Source: an uncultured cyanobacterium (GTDB taxonomy: Bacteria > Cyanobacteriota > Cyanobacteriia > PCC-9006 > JAAUQQ01). Taken from it: a stretch of DNA of 64,000 nt. The translations under genes were made by a program, and so were the position numbers. Under the pieces are notes generated by a model that made no database searches, was not told the origin of the DNA, and was given only the letters and a program-made list of their open reading frames with translations. Positions 40,204-51,010 of the stretch are shown one piece after another (position 1 is the first letter of the stretch; each line of letters starts with the position of its first letter). The stretch spans positions 1,728,001-1,792,000 of the forward strand of contig OY970368.1 in the NCBI GenBank assembly GCA_963718615.1, given 5' to 3'.

Positions 40204-40650
40204 CTAGATAATAAAATGGTTTTCCATTCCCTGGGCCGCTTGCCAGCTGCGAGCATCGTAATAAAGATCTTCTAGGGAGATGCTTTGCAAGGTTTCTTTG
40301 AGCTTGAGATTGAGCCGCTTCCAAAGGCTAAAGGTTACCCAGTCTTCCGTCTGACTGGCATCAGGTTGTTGCGCCAAAATCGGGGAAATAGATTCACCCA
40401 CGGCCTCCAAGATCTGGCCCAACGAGATTTGTTCCGGTGGACGAGCCAGACAATAACCGCCCTGTGCCCCTCGCATGGATTGAACGATACCTGCCCGTCG
40501 TAGCTCGATCAGCAGTTTCTCCAGATAGGGAGCAGGCAGGTCCTGTCGCTTAGCGATCGCCTTTACGGAGACCGGTGCCTGACTTGCTTGGAGGCGTAAA
40601 TCCAAGAGGGCTTTAACGCTGTACTGACCACGAGTCGTGAGCTTTAACAT
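40204..40650 (-). CDS. Rrf2 family transcriptional regulator
   Basis: LTTRGQY, YLEKLL, S.RGAQGGY.LAR; lacks the three IscR Cys ligands. Confidence 0.9.
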   Translation of the reverse strand: MLKLTTRGQYSVKALLDLRLQASQAPVSVKAIAKRQDLPAPYLEKLLIELRRAGIVQSMRGAQGGYCLARPPEQISLGQILEAVGESISPILAQQPDASQTEDWVTFSLWKRLNLKLKETLQSISLEDLYYDARSWQAAQGMENHFII

Positions 40651-41109
40651 AGGGGAGAGCCTAGGGATTACTGTTAGTTATCTCACCGGAAAACCAGATA
40701 TATCAGCACTTCCGGCTTATTCTGCCGAGGGGCGGTGGGATAGAGTATGCCTGTCAAGAACAAGCCATTGCAGCGACAACCAGCAAGTTCAGCTACGCAG
40801 AAGAGACCATAGAATTAAGAAACTGACTCAATTTAATGACTATTTTTTAACGATGACTGTAAGATGTTAGAGATGTTGATGCTATGCTTTGCACAGAATA
40901 TCTAAGCGCATGGGAATACTAACCTGGTTAGTACATAGTTGATCACGCTAGACCTGATCGCATCAGCAACAGTTCAGTCCCTTTGACAGAGACGAAAACT
41001 GAATACCAACCCCTAGAGGATATCGATCTTGCTTTCCCATTCTTTAACTGGGGATGCAGATTGTTTCCACTGAACTGCCCTATTAGAGTGGAGTAACCCA
41101 TTGAAATAA

Positions 41110-41724
41110 ATGCCTAGAAAGAAAGCAGAACCCAAGACAGTAACGAAAACTGCCAGAAAAACCGTTAAAAAGGGCGCTACGCAGACTGTTGCTAAGGCTG
41201 AGCCGAAGACCACAGCCAAGCGGGCAACTCGTACGGCGACAAAGACCGCTAAAGCTGCTCCTAAGGTTGAACCCCAGGTTGAGCCTAAAGTGGAATCGAA
41301 AGCGGAATCGAAGATTGAAGCCTCCGCAGCATCAATCACACCGTCTCCAGTTCCTTTGACAGGCGCAGATCTCGTTAAGAAGATCAAGGAACTAGGGAAC
41401 CTCAGCAAAGAGGAAAAGGCGAAAGCCTGTGGATATTACGCAATGACCAAGAATGGTCTTGAGCGCGTCAATATGATGAAGTTCCTTAACGCCCTCATTG
41501 ATGCAGAAGGCATCGATTTGGATAGCAAAGGGAATGACATCAATGGGCGGGGAGGCCGCAGTGCTAGCTACAAAATCACCGTTCAATCCAATGGCAACTT
41601 GTTAATTGGTGCCGCTTATACCAAGCAAATGGATCTAAAGCCTGGGGATGAATTTAAGATTACCCTAGGTCGGAAGCACATTCGCCTCACACAAGTGGGT
41701 TCAGAGGTTGACGAAGAAGAGTAA
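41110..41724 (+). CDS. Cyanobacterial AbrB-like regulator (cyAbrB) with Lys/Ala/Thr-rich N-terminal extension
   Basis: PLTG..L, AKACGYY, GRSASY.ITVQSNGNLLIGAAYT, FKITLGRKHIRL. Confidence 0.92.
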   Translation: MPRKKAEPKTVTKTARKTVKKGATQTVAKAEPKTTAKRATRTATKTAKAAPKVEPQVEPKVESKAESKIEASAASITPSPVPLTGADLVKKIKELGNLSKEEKAKACGYYAMTKNGLERVNMMKFLNALIDAEGIDLDSKGNDINGRGGRSASYKITVQSNGNLLIGAAYTKQMDLKPGDEFKITLGRKHIRLTQVGSEVDEEE

Positions 41725-41961
41725 GACGAGTGGGATACCCTTTTGGGTTAAAGGGGAATCCTAAAAGTATCTAGTTTTACCTACAGCTAGGTCATGGTTG
41801 ACCACAGGGGTTGTTCACAGCGGTTGTGATGTCATCTCCTGTGGTTATTTCTATAATTATTTTTCCTAAATTTTTCTGGCAGGCAAATGCTTCAAAATAC
41901 TTGACAGTCAAGGGCGAGTATCCTCGCTAAGCTGGAGATTAGTGTTCTGGAGGCTGCTCCT

Positions 41962-42471
41962 ATGCGTTCTTCCGTAGCTCCCGACTCCCGATCTGTATCC
42001 TGGCAATCCCTGATTTTATTGCTAGCGACAGCTTGGCTCGGAGCCAGTTTGTTATTGGATTTATGGGTCATGCCTAGCCTCTATGGAGGGGGAATGATGA
42101 CCCAAGCTGGATTTGCTAGCACAGGGTATATGTTGTTTGGTGGATTCAATCATGTCGAACTTATTTTTGGAGCGTTATTGTTAACGGGGCTATTGGTCAT
42201 GACCCAGCAGCCAACAGCGACTGGACAAACCCGTTGGCGGGTGCTGTGGCCTGCTCTCTTGTTATTGCTGATTCCCGCTTTTGACGCCTATGGTTTGACC
42301 CCGATCATGAGTGCCCTGGGATTGTCGATTGATGGATCGGTGGGAGAAGCTCCCGCTGTCATGGGAGTGATGCATGGTGCCTATTGGGGACTAGAGTTGC
42401 TGAAAATCGGGGCGATCGCCCTACTGATTCACCGTTTCAGCGGTCGCCTTAGCCTCACAGATGCTCTCTAA
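41962..42471 (+). CDS. Four-TM membrane protein (DUF4149-like)
   Basis: WLGASLLLD..VMP, FNHVEL, LTPIMSALG, MH..YW.LE..K. Confidence 0.65.
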   Translation: MRSSVAPDSRSVSWQSLILLLATAWLGASLLLDLWVMPSLYGGGMMTQAGFASTGYMLFGGFNHVELIFGALLLTGLLVMTQQPTATGQTRWRVLWPALLLLLIPAFDAYGLTPIMSALGLSIDGSVGEAPAVMGVMHGAYWGLELLKIGAIALLIHRFSGRLSLTDAL

Positions 42472-42477
42472 AGAGGG

Positions 42478-42798
42478 TTAGGATTCGAGGGATTCGAGGG
42501 ATTCGGGGGGCTGCTCCTCGGTTGCAGATTCACCAAACCATAACAACCGAATTCCCATGACCAGAAATCCAATTGCCGCTGTGCTTTTAACCAGGTACGG
42601 CGGCAAAATTGTGGCAGTTCCTTCCCCCAGTAAAACGCCAATAAGGCTGGCCACGAGCAACGCCGCTGCCGTTCCCGCGAAAACGGCCTTGGGAAACTTA
42701 GAGCTTCCCCCTAGGGCGATCGCCGCCACCTGGCTTTTGTCCCCCAATTCGGACAAGAAAACCGCTACAAAACTCAGGCCCAAGAGACTCCAATCCAT
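42478..42798 (-). CDS. TMEM165/GDT1 (UPF0016) half-transporter, putative Mn2+ transport
   Basis: ELGDKSQ motif, three TM segments. Confidence 0.88.
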   Translation of the reverse strand: MDWSLLGLSFVAVFLSELGDKSQVAAIALGGSSKFPKAVFAGTAAALLVASLIGVLLGEGTATILPPYLVKSTAAIGFLVMGIRLLWFGESATEEQPPESLESLES

Positions 42799-42869
42799 TC
42801 TGATCTGACTCCTTCTGCTTGAATGCTTGCTTTGACAAATCTATAATCCAGTCAGCGACCCACGAGTGC

Positions 42870-43232
42870 TTAACCCCAGCTTGACCAAATATCCCAGCCG
42901 AGCCAAAGGGCGATCGCCAACAGCGTCATTCCAGCGCTCTTTTCTAGGGTTTTAGGCGAAAGCCATGTCGCCAACCAGCGACCTAAGAGAACCCCCAGCA
43001 AACTTGTGGCAATCAAGGCGGAACCGGCACCCGCAAACACAATCCAGGGATGGTGGGACTCTGCGCTCATCAACAGCGTGGTGACTTGGGTTTTATCCCC
43101 CAACTCGGCCAGGAAAATCGTCACAAACGTTGAAGCAAAAACCTGCCAAGCGGATTTGCCCGGAGAGGGATGGGGGGGAGAGGGGGAGGCGGGGGGCGCG
43201 ATCGCGGGTTGGGGAAGGGAAGAAGGGGACAC
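42870..43232 (-). CDS. TMEM165/GDT1 (UPF0016) half-transporter, putative Mn2+ transport
   Basis: ELGDKTQ motif, three TM segments; tandem with the second half-gene. Confidence 0.88.
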   Translation of the reverse strand: MSPSSLPQPAIAPPASPSPPHPSPGKSAWQVFASTFVTIFLAELGDKTQVTTLLMSAESHHPWIVFAGAGSALIATSLLGVLLGRWLATWLSPKTLEKSAGMTLLAIALWLGWDIWSSWG

Positions 43233-43309
43233 GGATAGTTTTCATAATTGATTCATAATCCATGATAGCTTCTGAGCGGTTGCTTAACCGTTCCTGAACT
43301 GTCGACGGA

Positions 43310-43672
43310 TCATTCGATCGCTTGATTCATCGATATTGCTTGATTAAACCGTGTGAGAATCTCCCCATCCCCATAGACGCCTTCAATCTGTTGCTGACAA
43401 CAATCGATGGCAAAGTCATTTAAATCTGCGGGTTCAATGCCATAGAGATCTTCAAAAACATCCGCTTGTACTCGACAAAAACGAGGACGATTTTCATAAA
43501 TCGTGCATTTTCGAGTCTCGGCATGAAAATGAATACACCAGCCATCCTCACCCACCATACTGAGATAAAGCTGGAGATCCGCCGGGGATAGATATTGCTC
43601 CAACTCCGGTCGGTCTTCAGGGTGAAGATGACAGCAAGCTCCACAATTGCTGATGCAGCGCCAAGTTGCCAT
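43310..43672 (-). CDS. YkgJ family cysteine cluster protein
   Basis: C...CGACC, GWC, CTIYENRPRFCR. Confidence 0.88.
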   Translation of the reverse strand: MATWRCISNCGACCHLHPEDRPELEQYLSPADLQLYLSMVGEDGWCIHFHAETRKCTIYENRPRFCRVQADVFEDLYGIEPADLNDFAIDCCQQQIEGVYGDGEILTRFNQAISMNQAIE

Positions 43673-43801
43673 GGGAAAAATCTAGGTTTAACGGCAGATT
43701 AACAGGGGAGAGTCCATTATAGGTGAGTTATCTGATGTCTTTGGAGAAAGCCTTCGCTACACTAATTGAAGCTTTTTATCCTTATTTTCCCAAACACCGC
43801 T

Positions 43802-44767
43802 ATGGCTTCGATTGTCAGTTTAATCCGTGCTGAATCCTACGAACAGCGCCGTTTAGAACAATCCGTTAGCGATGTTTTGGCTCCGTTAGGGGGGATCCAG
43901 GCCTTTGTAAAACCCGGTCAACGGGTATTACTCAAGCCCAATCTGCTCACCGGTTCGCGCCCCGCCCGAGAATGTGTAACGCGCATTGAAGTCGTGGCGG
44001 CGATCGCCCGTCAAGTTCTCCATGCCGGAGGCAAACCTTTTTTAGGGGATAGTCCGGCTTTTGGGAGCGCCAAAGGCGTGGCCTTGGCCAATGGTTATGG
44101 CCCGCTGCTCGAAAAACTCAAGTTGCCAGTCATCGAATTTCATGGCAAACGCTACGGGACTCAATCCGAACAGTTTCAATCGCTGCGATTGTGCAAAGAG
44201 GCGATGGATGCGGATGTGGTCATTAACTTACCGAAAGTAAAGTCCCATGTGCAATTAACGATGACTTTAGGGGTCAAGAATTTGTTTGGTTGTGTACCGG
44301 GAAAAATGAAGGCTTGGTGGCATTTGGAGGCGGGTAAAGATCGCGATCGCTTTGGTGAAATGCTGGTGGAAACCGCTCGGGCGATCGCCCCAGATCTGAC
44401 CCTAATCGATGGCATCATCGCCCACGAAGGCCGAGGCCCAATGGATGGCGATCCCAAAAACCTAGGAATTTTGGGGGCTTCGCGGGATGTGTTTGCCTTA
44501 GACTGGGCCTTGCTGGATCTGCTCAACGTCGATCCACAGAAGGTTCCCACGGCGGATATTGCCCAGCGCTTAGGACTCTGTGGCCCTGACCATGAGATTG
44601 ACTACCCGTGCCTGAATCCCGATGCGTTGCGCATTGAAGATTGGCAACTGCCCAACAATTTAGTGCCCATCGACTTTGGTGCACCACGGGTGGTCAAGTC
44701 AACCTTTAAGCATCTCTATATTCGCTTTATCAAAGAGCCGCTCAAAGCCTATGCACGGGAATCATGA
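43802..44767 (+). CDS. DUF362 domain protein
   Basis: VLLKPN, GDSP, INLPKVKSH, T.GVKNLFG, DGI.AHEG.GP. Confidence 0.88.
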   Translation: MASIVSLIRAESYEQRRLEQSVSDVLAPLGGIQAFVKPGQRVLLKPNLLTGSRPARECVTRIEVVAAIARQVLHAGGKPFLGDSPAFGSAKGVALANGYGPLLEKLKLPVIEFHGKRYGTQSEQFQSLRLCKEAMDADVVINLPKVKSHVQLTMTLGVKNLFGCVPGKMKAWWHLEAGKDRDRFGEMLVETARAIAPDLTLIDGIIAHEGRGPMDGDPKNLGILGASRDVFALDWALLDLLNVDPQKVPTADIAQRLGLCGPDHEIDYPCLNPDALRIEDWQLPNNLVPIDFGAPRVVKSTFKHLYIRFIKEPLKAYARES

Positions 44768-44785
44768 ATGACAATGTTCTGAATC

Positions 44786-45022
44786 ATGAAAAAACAGGTC
44801 AAGGTTAAACCCAATTCAAAACAAGCGAGCATTACCGAAGCCGAAGACGGGAGCTTGACCGTGCGATTGCTCTCGCCGCCCGTGGATGGCAAGGCTAACC
44901 AAGAACTGATTGAGCAACTGGCCAAGCATTTTGGGGTGGCCAAGCGAGAGGTTCGGATTTGTTCAGGGGCGGGATCACGGACCAAAATCGTCGAAATCAG
45001 GGTCGAGTCTGATCAGGGTTGA
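44786..45022 (+). CDS. DUF167 (YggU) family protein
   Basis: [21 protein letters not shown]. Confidence 0.9.
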   Translation: MKKQVKVKPNSKQASITEAEDGSLTVRLLSPPVDGKANQELIEQLAKHFGVAKREVRICSGAGSRTKIVEIRVESDQG

Positions 45023-45176
45023 GCCACTAAACAAAAAGTTTTGGCACAATCGCGCTGCTGAATTCCCCATCCACTGACAATATAGAATAGAGAGCCTACC
45101 TTCACCGATCTCGTGCCCTGGCTCGAATCATTCACCCCTCATTCGGACTCAGGATCCCTTAAAACCGCCTATCGCT

Positions 45177-46241
45177 ATGCGCAGAACCTCTGACCTCCAC
45201 GTCGTGGAGACTCGCCCCCTGATGACGCCCGCCAGCATCCACAGCGAGTATCCCATCACCGAAAAGGCCTCGACCCTTGTGGGAGAAACGCGCGATCGCA
45301 TCCGCAATATTCTTCGTAATGAAGATCATCGGCTGTTGGTCATTGTCGGCCCTTGCTCTATCCACGATGTTAAAGCCGCTCACGAGTATGGCCACAAGCT
45401 GTTGGCCTTGCGGGAAGAACTTCGGGATGAATTGGAAGTGGTCATGCGGGTCTATTTTGAAAAACCCCGAACCACGGTGGGTTGGAAAGGCCTGATTAAT
45501 GATCCCCACCTCGACAATAGTTACGACATCAACAGAGGTCTGCGTTTGGCCCGAGAGCTCTTGCTTGACTTGGCCGAAATTGGCATGCCAGCGGCAACGG
45601 AATTGCTTGATCCCATCATTCCCCAATACATTGCTGATTTGATCTCCTGGACTGCCATTGGCGCGCGCACCACTGAAAGCCAAACCCACCGAGAAATGGC
45701 GTCCGGTCTATCCATGCCCATTGGCTTCAAGAATGGGACCGACGGCAGCCTCCATGCCGCTGCCAATGCCATGCTGGCAGCGGCCCAGTCCCACCATTTT
45801 TTGGGAATCAATTTGCGCGGCACCGCCAGTGTGATTAAAACCACGGGGAATCCCGACGGTCATTTGGTGATGCGCGGTGGCAATTCTGGCCCCAACTTTG
45901 CCCAGGAATTTGTCGACCAAGCTGCCCGAGAACTGATGCGCTTGGAGCTAAATTCGCGGGTGATGGTGGACTGTAGCCACGGCAATTCCAATAAGGACTA
46001 TCGACGGCAAACTGAAGCGCTGCAAGCCGTTGCGGATCAGGTGGCGGAAGGATCTAGAAATATTCTGGGTGTGATGATCGAGAGCCATTTGGTGGCTGGC
46101 AGTCAGAAAATTGCGGCGGATCTCAATCAGCTCACCTATGGCCAAAGCGTGACGGACGCCTGCGTTTGCTTTGACGATACGGTGACGATGCTGCGCGATT
46201 TGGCCCGTGCAGTCAAGGCCGCAGGTCTCGCCCATCGGTAG
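45177..46241 (+). CDS. aroG: 3-deoxy-7-phosphoheptulonate (DAHP) synthase, class I-alpha
   Basis: GPCSIHD, RVYFEKPRTTVGWKGLIND, IGARTTESQTHRE, DCSHGNS. Confidence 0.93.
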   Translation: MRRTSDLHVVETRPLMTPASIHSEYPITEKASTLVGETRDRIRNILRNEDHRLLVIVGPCSIHDVKAAHEYGHKLLALREELRDELEVVMRVYFEKPRTTVGWKGLINDPHLDNSYDINRGLRLARELLLDLAEIGMPAATELLDPIIPQYIADLISWTAIGARTTESQTHREMASGLSMPIGFKNGTDGSLHAAANAMLAAAQSHHFLGINLRGTASVIKTTGNPDGHLVMRGGNSGPNFAQEFVDQAARELMRLELNSRVMVDCSHGNSNKDYRRQTEALQAVADQVAEGSRNILGVMIESHLVAGSQKIAADLNQLTYGQSVTDACVCFDDTVTMLRDLARAVKAAGLAHR

Positions 46242-46297
46242 CATTTCCGACTCACAGAAAAGGGTGGGTTGGGGCTCACCCATTCCTGTAATTTTCC

Positions 46298-48388
46298 ATG
46301 ACTTCACCGTTTCAAACTTCACCGTTTCAAACTTCAACGTTGCTAAATGATCTCGATCGCGTCGCCCAGATTCGCGATCGCATGGCCTACCATTTGGAGG
46401 CGATCGCCCAGACCCTCACCCAGGCGGAACAGGAAGGTACAGCGGCATCGGGCTCTATGCAGCTTCAGCGAGACATCGAAGACCTTCGCAAGGCCAGCAC
46501 CAACCTCAAACAGGGGGTCTTTCGGCTGCTGGTTTTGGGGGATATGAAGCGGGGAAAAAGCACCTTTTTGAATGCCTTGCTGGGCGAAAACCTGTTACCT
46601 TCGGATGTCAATCCCTGTACCGCTTTGCTAACTATTTTGCGGTATGGAACTGAGAAGAAAGTCACGGTTTATTTTATCGATGATCAAGCACCGCTAGTCC
46701 TAGATTTTGCGGATTTCAAAACGCGCTATACCATTGACCCCGCCGAAGCGAAACTGCTGTCCCAGCGCCGTGAACCAGCCTTTGCGGAGGTGAGTCACGC
46801 CATTGTTGAATATCCGCTACCGCTGCTGGAGAAAGGCATTGAAATTGTCGATAGTCCCGGCCTCAATGACACAGAGGCTCGCAATGCTCTGTCTTTAGGT
46901 TTTATTGGCAACTGCCATGGAATTTTGTTCGTGATGCGGGCTTCACAACCTTGTACTCTGGCGGAGCGGCGCTATTTAGAAAACTATATTCAGAATCGCG
47001 GTTTATCTGTTTTCTTTTTAATTAACGCCTGGGATCAGGTTCAAGAAAGTTTGATTGATCCTGAGGATAGAGAAGAATTACAAGGGGCAGAGACTCGCTT
47101 GCGCCAGGTGTTCAAGTCCAACTTAGCAGCCTATTGCCAAGGGGAAGGCTACGATTTTTATGCTGAGCGTGTCTTTGAACTGTCCGCTTTACAGGCGTTG
47201 CGACGACGCATTCAGGATGCGGATGCGGATTTGGAGGGCACTGGCTTTCCTGCCTTTCTGGCGGCGCTCAATACCTTTTTGACCCAGGAACGGGCGATCG
47301 CCGAACTGAGGCAGGTACGCACCCTGGGACGACAGGTGGCGCATCGAGTCCAAACGGCGATCGCCCGACGCCTACCCCTCTTGCACCAAAGTGTTGCGGA
47401 ACTGAGTCAGCGCATTGCCGCCGTCCAACCGCAATTTAATCGGCTCTTGAAGATTCGCGATGAGGTTCGCCAGGAAATTCAGAACACGCGGGATGAACAA
47501 GCTCGGGCGATCGCCCACTCCTTTCAACACTATCTTCTCCATTTAGAACAGCGTTTTGAGCAGGATTTTTCCCGCTATCAACCTCCAGAGTTAGGGCTAC
47601 TCGATACCCTCAGCCCAGACAAGCAGGAGGCCTTTCGCCAAGCCCTAGAAAAGGCCTTTCAACAGTATCTCAAGGATCAGGTTTATGCCTGGGGGATCAC
47701 TGCCGAGCAGGATCTAAAGGAGACATTTGCTCAGCTCGGTCGCAAAGCGGAAGTTTACGGTTTGTCCTATCAGGAAATCACTGACCAGATTCATGCCACG
47801 CTCACCGGAGAGGATCTCAAGGCCCAGCCGCATTTTTCTGGGGATGAGGGTTCAATCCCCACTTGGGCGCAATGGGCCATGGGGCTGTTTTCCTGGGCGA
47901 CGGGAAATCCTACAGCGGTTGATGTAGCCACAGTTGGATTTGACCTCACCCGTTTGGGGGCCAACCTTTTAACGGCAGCGACCATTGGATGGGTGGTTTC
48001 GTCCATCTTTGGCGTGGTCTTGGGGCCGATTGCCTTTGCGCTTGTGGGTCTAGGATTGGGAGCACTTCAGGCCCAAGACGCCCGCGACAAAATTAATCAA
48101 ACTCTCAAAGCAGCCCTGATTCAACAGTTGCCCCAGGTGGCTGAGGACCAACGGCAAGCCATTGCAACAGCGGTCCGGGACTGTTTTGACCAATACGAAC
48201 GGGAGGTGATCAGTCGGATAGATGACGATATTCAAGCCCGTCAGACAGAGCTGGATCATCTATTGCAACAAAAGCAATCCCGAGAAATTGATCAGCAGCA
48301 AGAGCAGGCCCGTTTCAACCACCTGGAAGATCAAATCACTCTCGCCTGCGAGGGCATCGAAGTGGCCTACCAAGCGTTATTGGCCTGA
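46298..48388 (+). CDS. Bacterial dynamin-like protein (BDLP-type GTPase)
   Basis: GDMKRGKST G1, PCTA G2, DSPG G3, NAWD G4; hydrophobic paddle near the C-terminus; 696 aa. Confidence 0.9.
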   Translation: MTSPFQTSPFQTSTLLNDLDRVAQIRDRMAYHLEAIAQTLTQAEQEGTAASGSMQLQRDIEDLRKASTNLKQGVFRLLVLGDMKRGKSTFLNALLGENLLPSDVNPCTALLTILRYGTEKKVTVYFIDDQAPLVLDFADFKTRYTIDPAEAKLLSQRREPAFAEVSHAIVEYPLPLLEKGIEIVDSPGLNDTEARNALSLGFIGNCHGILFVMRASQPCTLAERRYLENYIQNRGLSVFFLINAWDQVQESLIDPEDREELQGAETRLRQVFKSNLAAYCQGEGYDFYAERVFELSALQALRRRIQDADADLEGTGFPAFLAALNTFLTQERAIAELRQVRTLGRQVAHRVQTAIARRLPLLHQSVAELSQRIAAVQPQFNRLLKIRDEVRQEIQNTRDEQARAIAHSFQHYLLHLEQRFEQDFSRYQPPELGLLDTLSPDKQEAFRQALEKAFQQYLKDQVYAWGITAEQDLKETFAQLGRKAEVYGLSYQEITDQIHATLTGEDLKAQPHFSGDEGSIPTWAQWAMGLFSWATGNPTAVDVATVGFDLTRLGANLLTAATIGWVVSSIFGVVLGPIAFALVGLGLGALQAQDARDKINQTLKAALIQQLPQVAEDQRQAIATAVRDCFDQYEREVISRIDDDIQARQTELDHLLQQKQSREIDQQQEQARFNHLEDQITLACEGIEVAYQALLA

Positions 48389-49336
48389 GGGTTGCGTGGG
48401 AATGTCTATCCCAGCCCGAGGCGCATTCGCTTGCTGTTCAAATGCTTGTTGCTCAAATGCTTGTTGTTCAAACATTTTGAGCGCCGTACTCCAGACCCAA
48501 TAGCCCTGAACATTGAGATGTAGACCATCCGTCGTCAGATCCTGGCGAAGATAGCCTTGGCGATCGCGAAAAAGCTCATACAAATCCAAATACAAAACCG
48601 ATTCCTGCTGGGCGATCGCCGCCAACTGCCGATTCATTTGCTGAATTTGCTCGATGGGAATTTGCTGGAGCTTCGCCTTGCCTTCCCAAGTCGCTTTGGG
48701 ACCATCGTGGGGCAAAATCGACTGCACAATGATTTCGGTCTGGGGATGCTCTTGGCGCAAAATTTTGAGAATGGCTCGATAGTTGCTTAAAACCGTCTCG
48801 GGAGACTCGCCCCGAATCAAATCATTGATCCCAATCATCAAAAAAATTCTTTGGGGCTGGAGCGATCGCCACCCCGCCAAGCGCTTAAGCAAGCCCGTCG
48901 AAGTTTCCCCCGAAATGCCTTGATTTAACCAGAGTTGCTGATCCGGCAACAGGGGCTCTGGAAACCAAAGACTGAGGGAATCCCCCGCCAAAATGGCTAG
49001 GGGCTCCGTGGGCCTATGGGCCGCTACCGCATCTACTTCCTGCTGCAACAGCGCCACCCAGTCTTCATAATGCAATTGCTGCTGGGGGCCTAAACGCGGC
49101 GGGGCCGCCGTGGCGCTGCCGGGCATGGGGGAAGAGGCTTGCACCGCTTGCTGAGAAAACCCCAGGGGCTTGGGGTGCGATCGCTCAAAAATCGCCCAGC
49201 CGCCCAGGCCCAGGCCACTCAGCAGCATCAGAGACATCCACCGTCGTCGCCAGCGCTGACGACGCAGACTACGGCGGCGGCGACGGCGCTCGCTAGGGGA
49301 TTCAAGCACATGGGGGTAGCGATCGGAGGAAACCAA
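48377..49336 (-). CDS. SGNH/GDSL family lipase/esterase
   Basis: GDSLS, NQGISG, MIGIND, DGLH. Confidence 0.88.
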   Translation of the reverse strand: MVSSDRYPHVLESPSERRRRRRSLRRQRWRRRWMSLMLLSGLGLGGWAIFERSHPKPLGFSQQAVQASSPMPGSATAAPPRLGPQQQLHYEDWVALLQQEVDAVAAHRPTEPLAILAGDSLSLWFPEPLLPDQQLWLNQGISGETSTGLLKRLAGWRSLQPQRIFLMIGINDLIRGESPETVLSNYRAILKILRQEHPQTEIIVQSILPHDGPKATWEGKAKLQQIPIEQIQQMNRQLAAIAQQESVLYLDLYELFRDRQGYLRQDLTTDGLHLNVQGYWVWSTALKMFEQQAFEQQAFEQQANAPRAGIDIPTQPSGQ

Positions 49337-49443
49337 GGGAAGCTAGGTCCGTGGAATGAGCGACGTGTCCTGTAAAAATTGAATGGTGACTAGCTTAAAG
49401 CATTTTGTTGATTCTCCCGCATTGGAACAAAAAATTGCCCATG

Positions 49444-49474
49444 AAAAAGGTGCCTCTCCGTTGAAGCACCCTTT
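49444..49474 (-). terminator. Probable rho-independent terminator of amt
   Basis: Minus strand GGTGCTTC-aacgga-GAGGCACC followed by TTTTT, ~45 nt past the amt stop. Confidence 0.65.
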
Positions 49475-49519
49475 CCAGCTTGTATTGGTTTAGTCTCGAA
49501 CTAGTCTCGAAAGTTTGGA

Positions 49520-51010
49520 TTAACGGCTAGAGACCGTTGTTCCTCCTACGCTCACTTCCTTAGAGAAACCGCTGTAGGCTTCCATTCCGTGCTCGCTGAT
49601 ATCGAGACCAATGAGTTCTTCCTCTTCTGAAACTCGCATGCCGAGAACGGCACGAATCGCACCCCAGAAGATGACGCTCAGCAGAACTGTAAAACCACCC
49701 ACCGTCAGGATACCGACGATTTGAGCAAGCAACTGGGTAATGCCGTTGCCCGTCAGCAGACCGGTTTCCATGTCAAACAGGCCGACAGCCAAGGTCCCCC
49801 AAATGCCGTTGACAAGGTGGACTGAGGTTGCCCCCACCGGGTCATCAATCTTGATCGAATCAAAGAAGAAGACCGAGAAGACCACCAGCACTCCTGCAAT
49901 GATGCCAATAATGACCGCACTCAAGTAGCTGACGCCTGCACAACCTGCCGTCACTGCCACGAGGCCAGCAAGGATACCATTGATGACCATAGATAGGTCC
50001 GGCTTGCCTGATACGAGCCAAGAGGTCACGGTGGCAGCAACACCGCCCGCAGCCGCAGCCAGGTTGGTGGTTACAGCGATATAGGGAACGGCAAGGTCAG
50101 CGGCCAACTCAGAACCAGGGTTAAAGCCAAACCAGCCGATCCAGAGAATCAAGCAACCTAAGGTCGCAATCGACATATTGTGACCCGGCAGCGCACCTGC
50201 ACCCCCATCCGTCCGATACTTACCAATCCGAGGACCGAGGAAAGCCGCGCCCACGAGCGCTGCCCAGCCGCCGACGGAGTGGACCACCGTGGACCCGGCA
50301 AAGTCCTTAAAACCCGCGCCACCGAGAAACCCAATCTCAGAGAGCATGCCGCCGCCCCAAACCCAGTGGCCGGAGATGGGATAGGCGATCGCCGTCAGCA
50401 AAAGACTGAAAACGATAAAGTCAACAAATTTAATTCGTTCGGCAACCGCGCCAGAAACGATCGTCGCAGCGGTTCCGGCAAACGCGGCTTGAAAAAGAAA
50501 TGCCACGGGAATGGTCAAGCCCGAATCTGCCGATAAACCATAGGCTTCCGGTTCACCCGTGAGGAAAAAACCGCCGCCACCGATAAAGCCATTGCCCGAT
50601 GCACCAAACATCAGGGAATAACCAATGGCCCAAAACGCTAACGTTGCCAAAGCAAAAACGATGAGGTTTTTGGTCAAAACGTTAACGGCATTCTTTTGAC
50701 GGCAAAAGCCCGTCTCCAACATACCGAATCCCGCGTTCATGAAAATCACGAGAATCGACGCAATTAAAACCCAGACGTTGTCTAGGATGCGCTGAACATC
50801 CGCAACGGTTGCTTCTTCTTGAGCATGGGCCGCAAAACTAAAGCTTGCAACAATTAGCACTGCCAACGGAATGCAGGCAGCCCAGCTAAGGGGCAAGTTT
50901 GGCAAAAATGTACTTGCCTTCTTAAACAGGCGATTGGCATCTGGATAGGCTGCACCAGTCGTGCGTCCTTTCCCCTTTAGCCGTCTCTTTCGTACTGTCA
51001 ACTGAGACAT
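49520..51010 (-). CDS. amt1: Ammonium transporter (Amt family)
   Basis: [49 protein letters not shown]. Confidence 0.95.
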   Translation of the reverse strand: MSQLTVRKRRLKGKGRTTGAAYPDANRLFKKASTFLPNLPLSWAACIPLAVLIVASFSFAAHAQEEATVADVQRILDNVWVLIASILVIFMNAGFGMLETGFCRQKNAVNVLTKNLIVFALATLAFWAIGYSLMFGASGNGFIGGGGFFLTGEPEAYGLSADSGLTIPVAFLFQAAFAGTAATIVSGAVAERIKFVDFIVFSLLLTAIAYPISGHWVWGGGMLSEIGFLGGAGFKDFAGSTVVHSVGGWAALVGAAFLGPRIGKYRTDGGAGALPGHNMSIATLGCLILWIGWFGFNPGSELAADLAVPYIAVTTNLAAAAGGVAATVTSWLVSGKPDLSMVINGILAGLVAVTAGCAGVSYLSAVIIGIIAGVLVVFSVFFFDSIKIDDPVGATSVHLVNGIWGTLAVGLFDMETGLLTGNGITQLLAQIVGILTVGGFTVLLSVIFWGAIRAVLGMRVSEEEELIGLDISEHGMEAYSGFSKEVSVGGTTVSSR

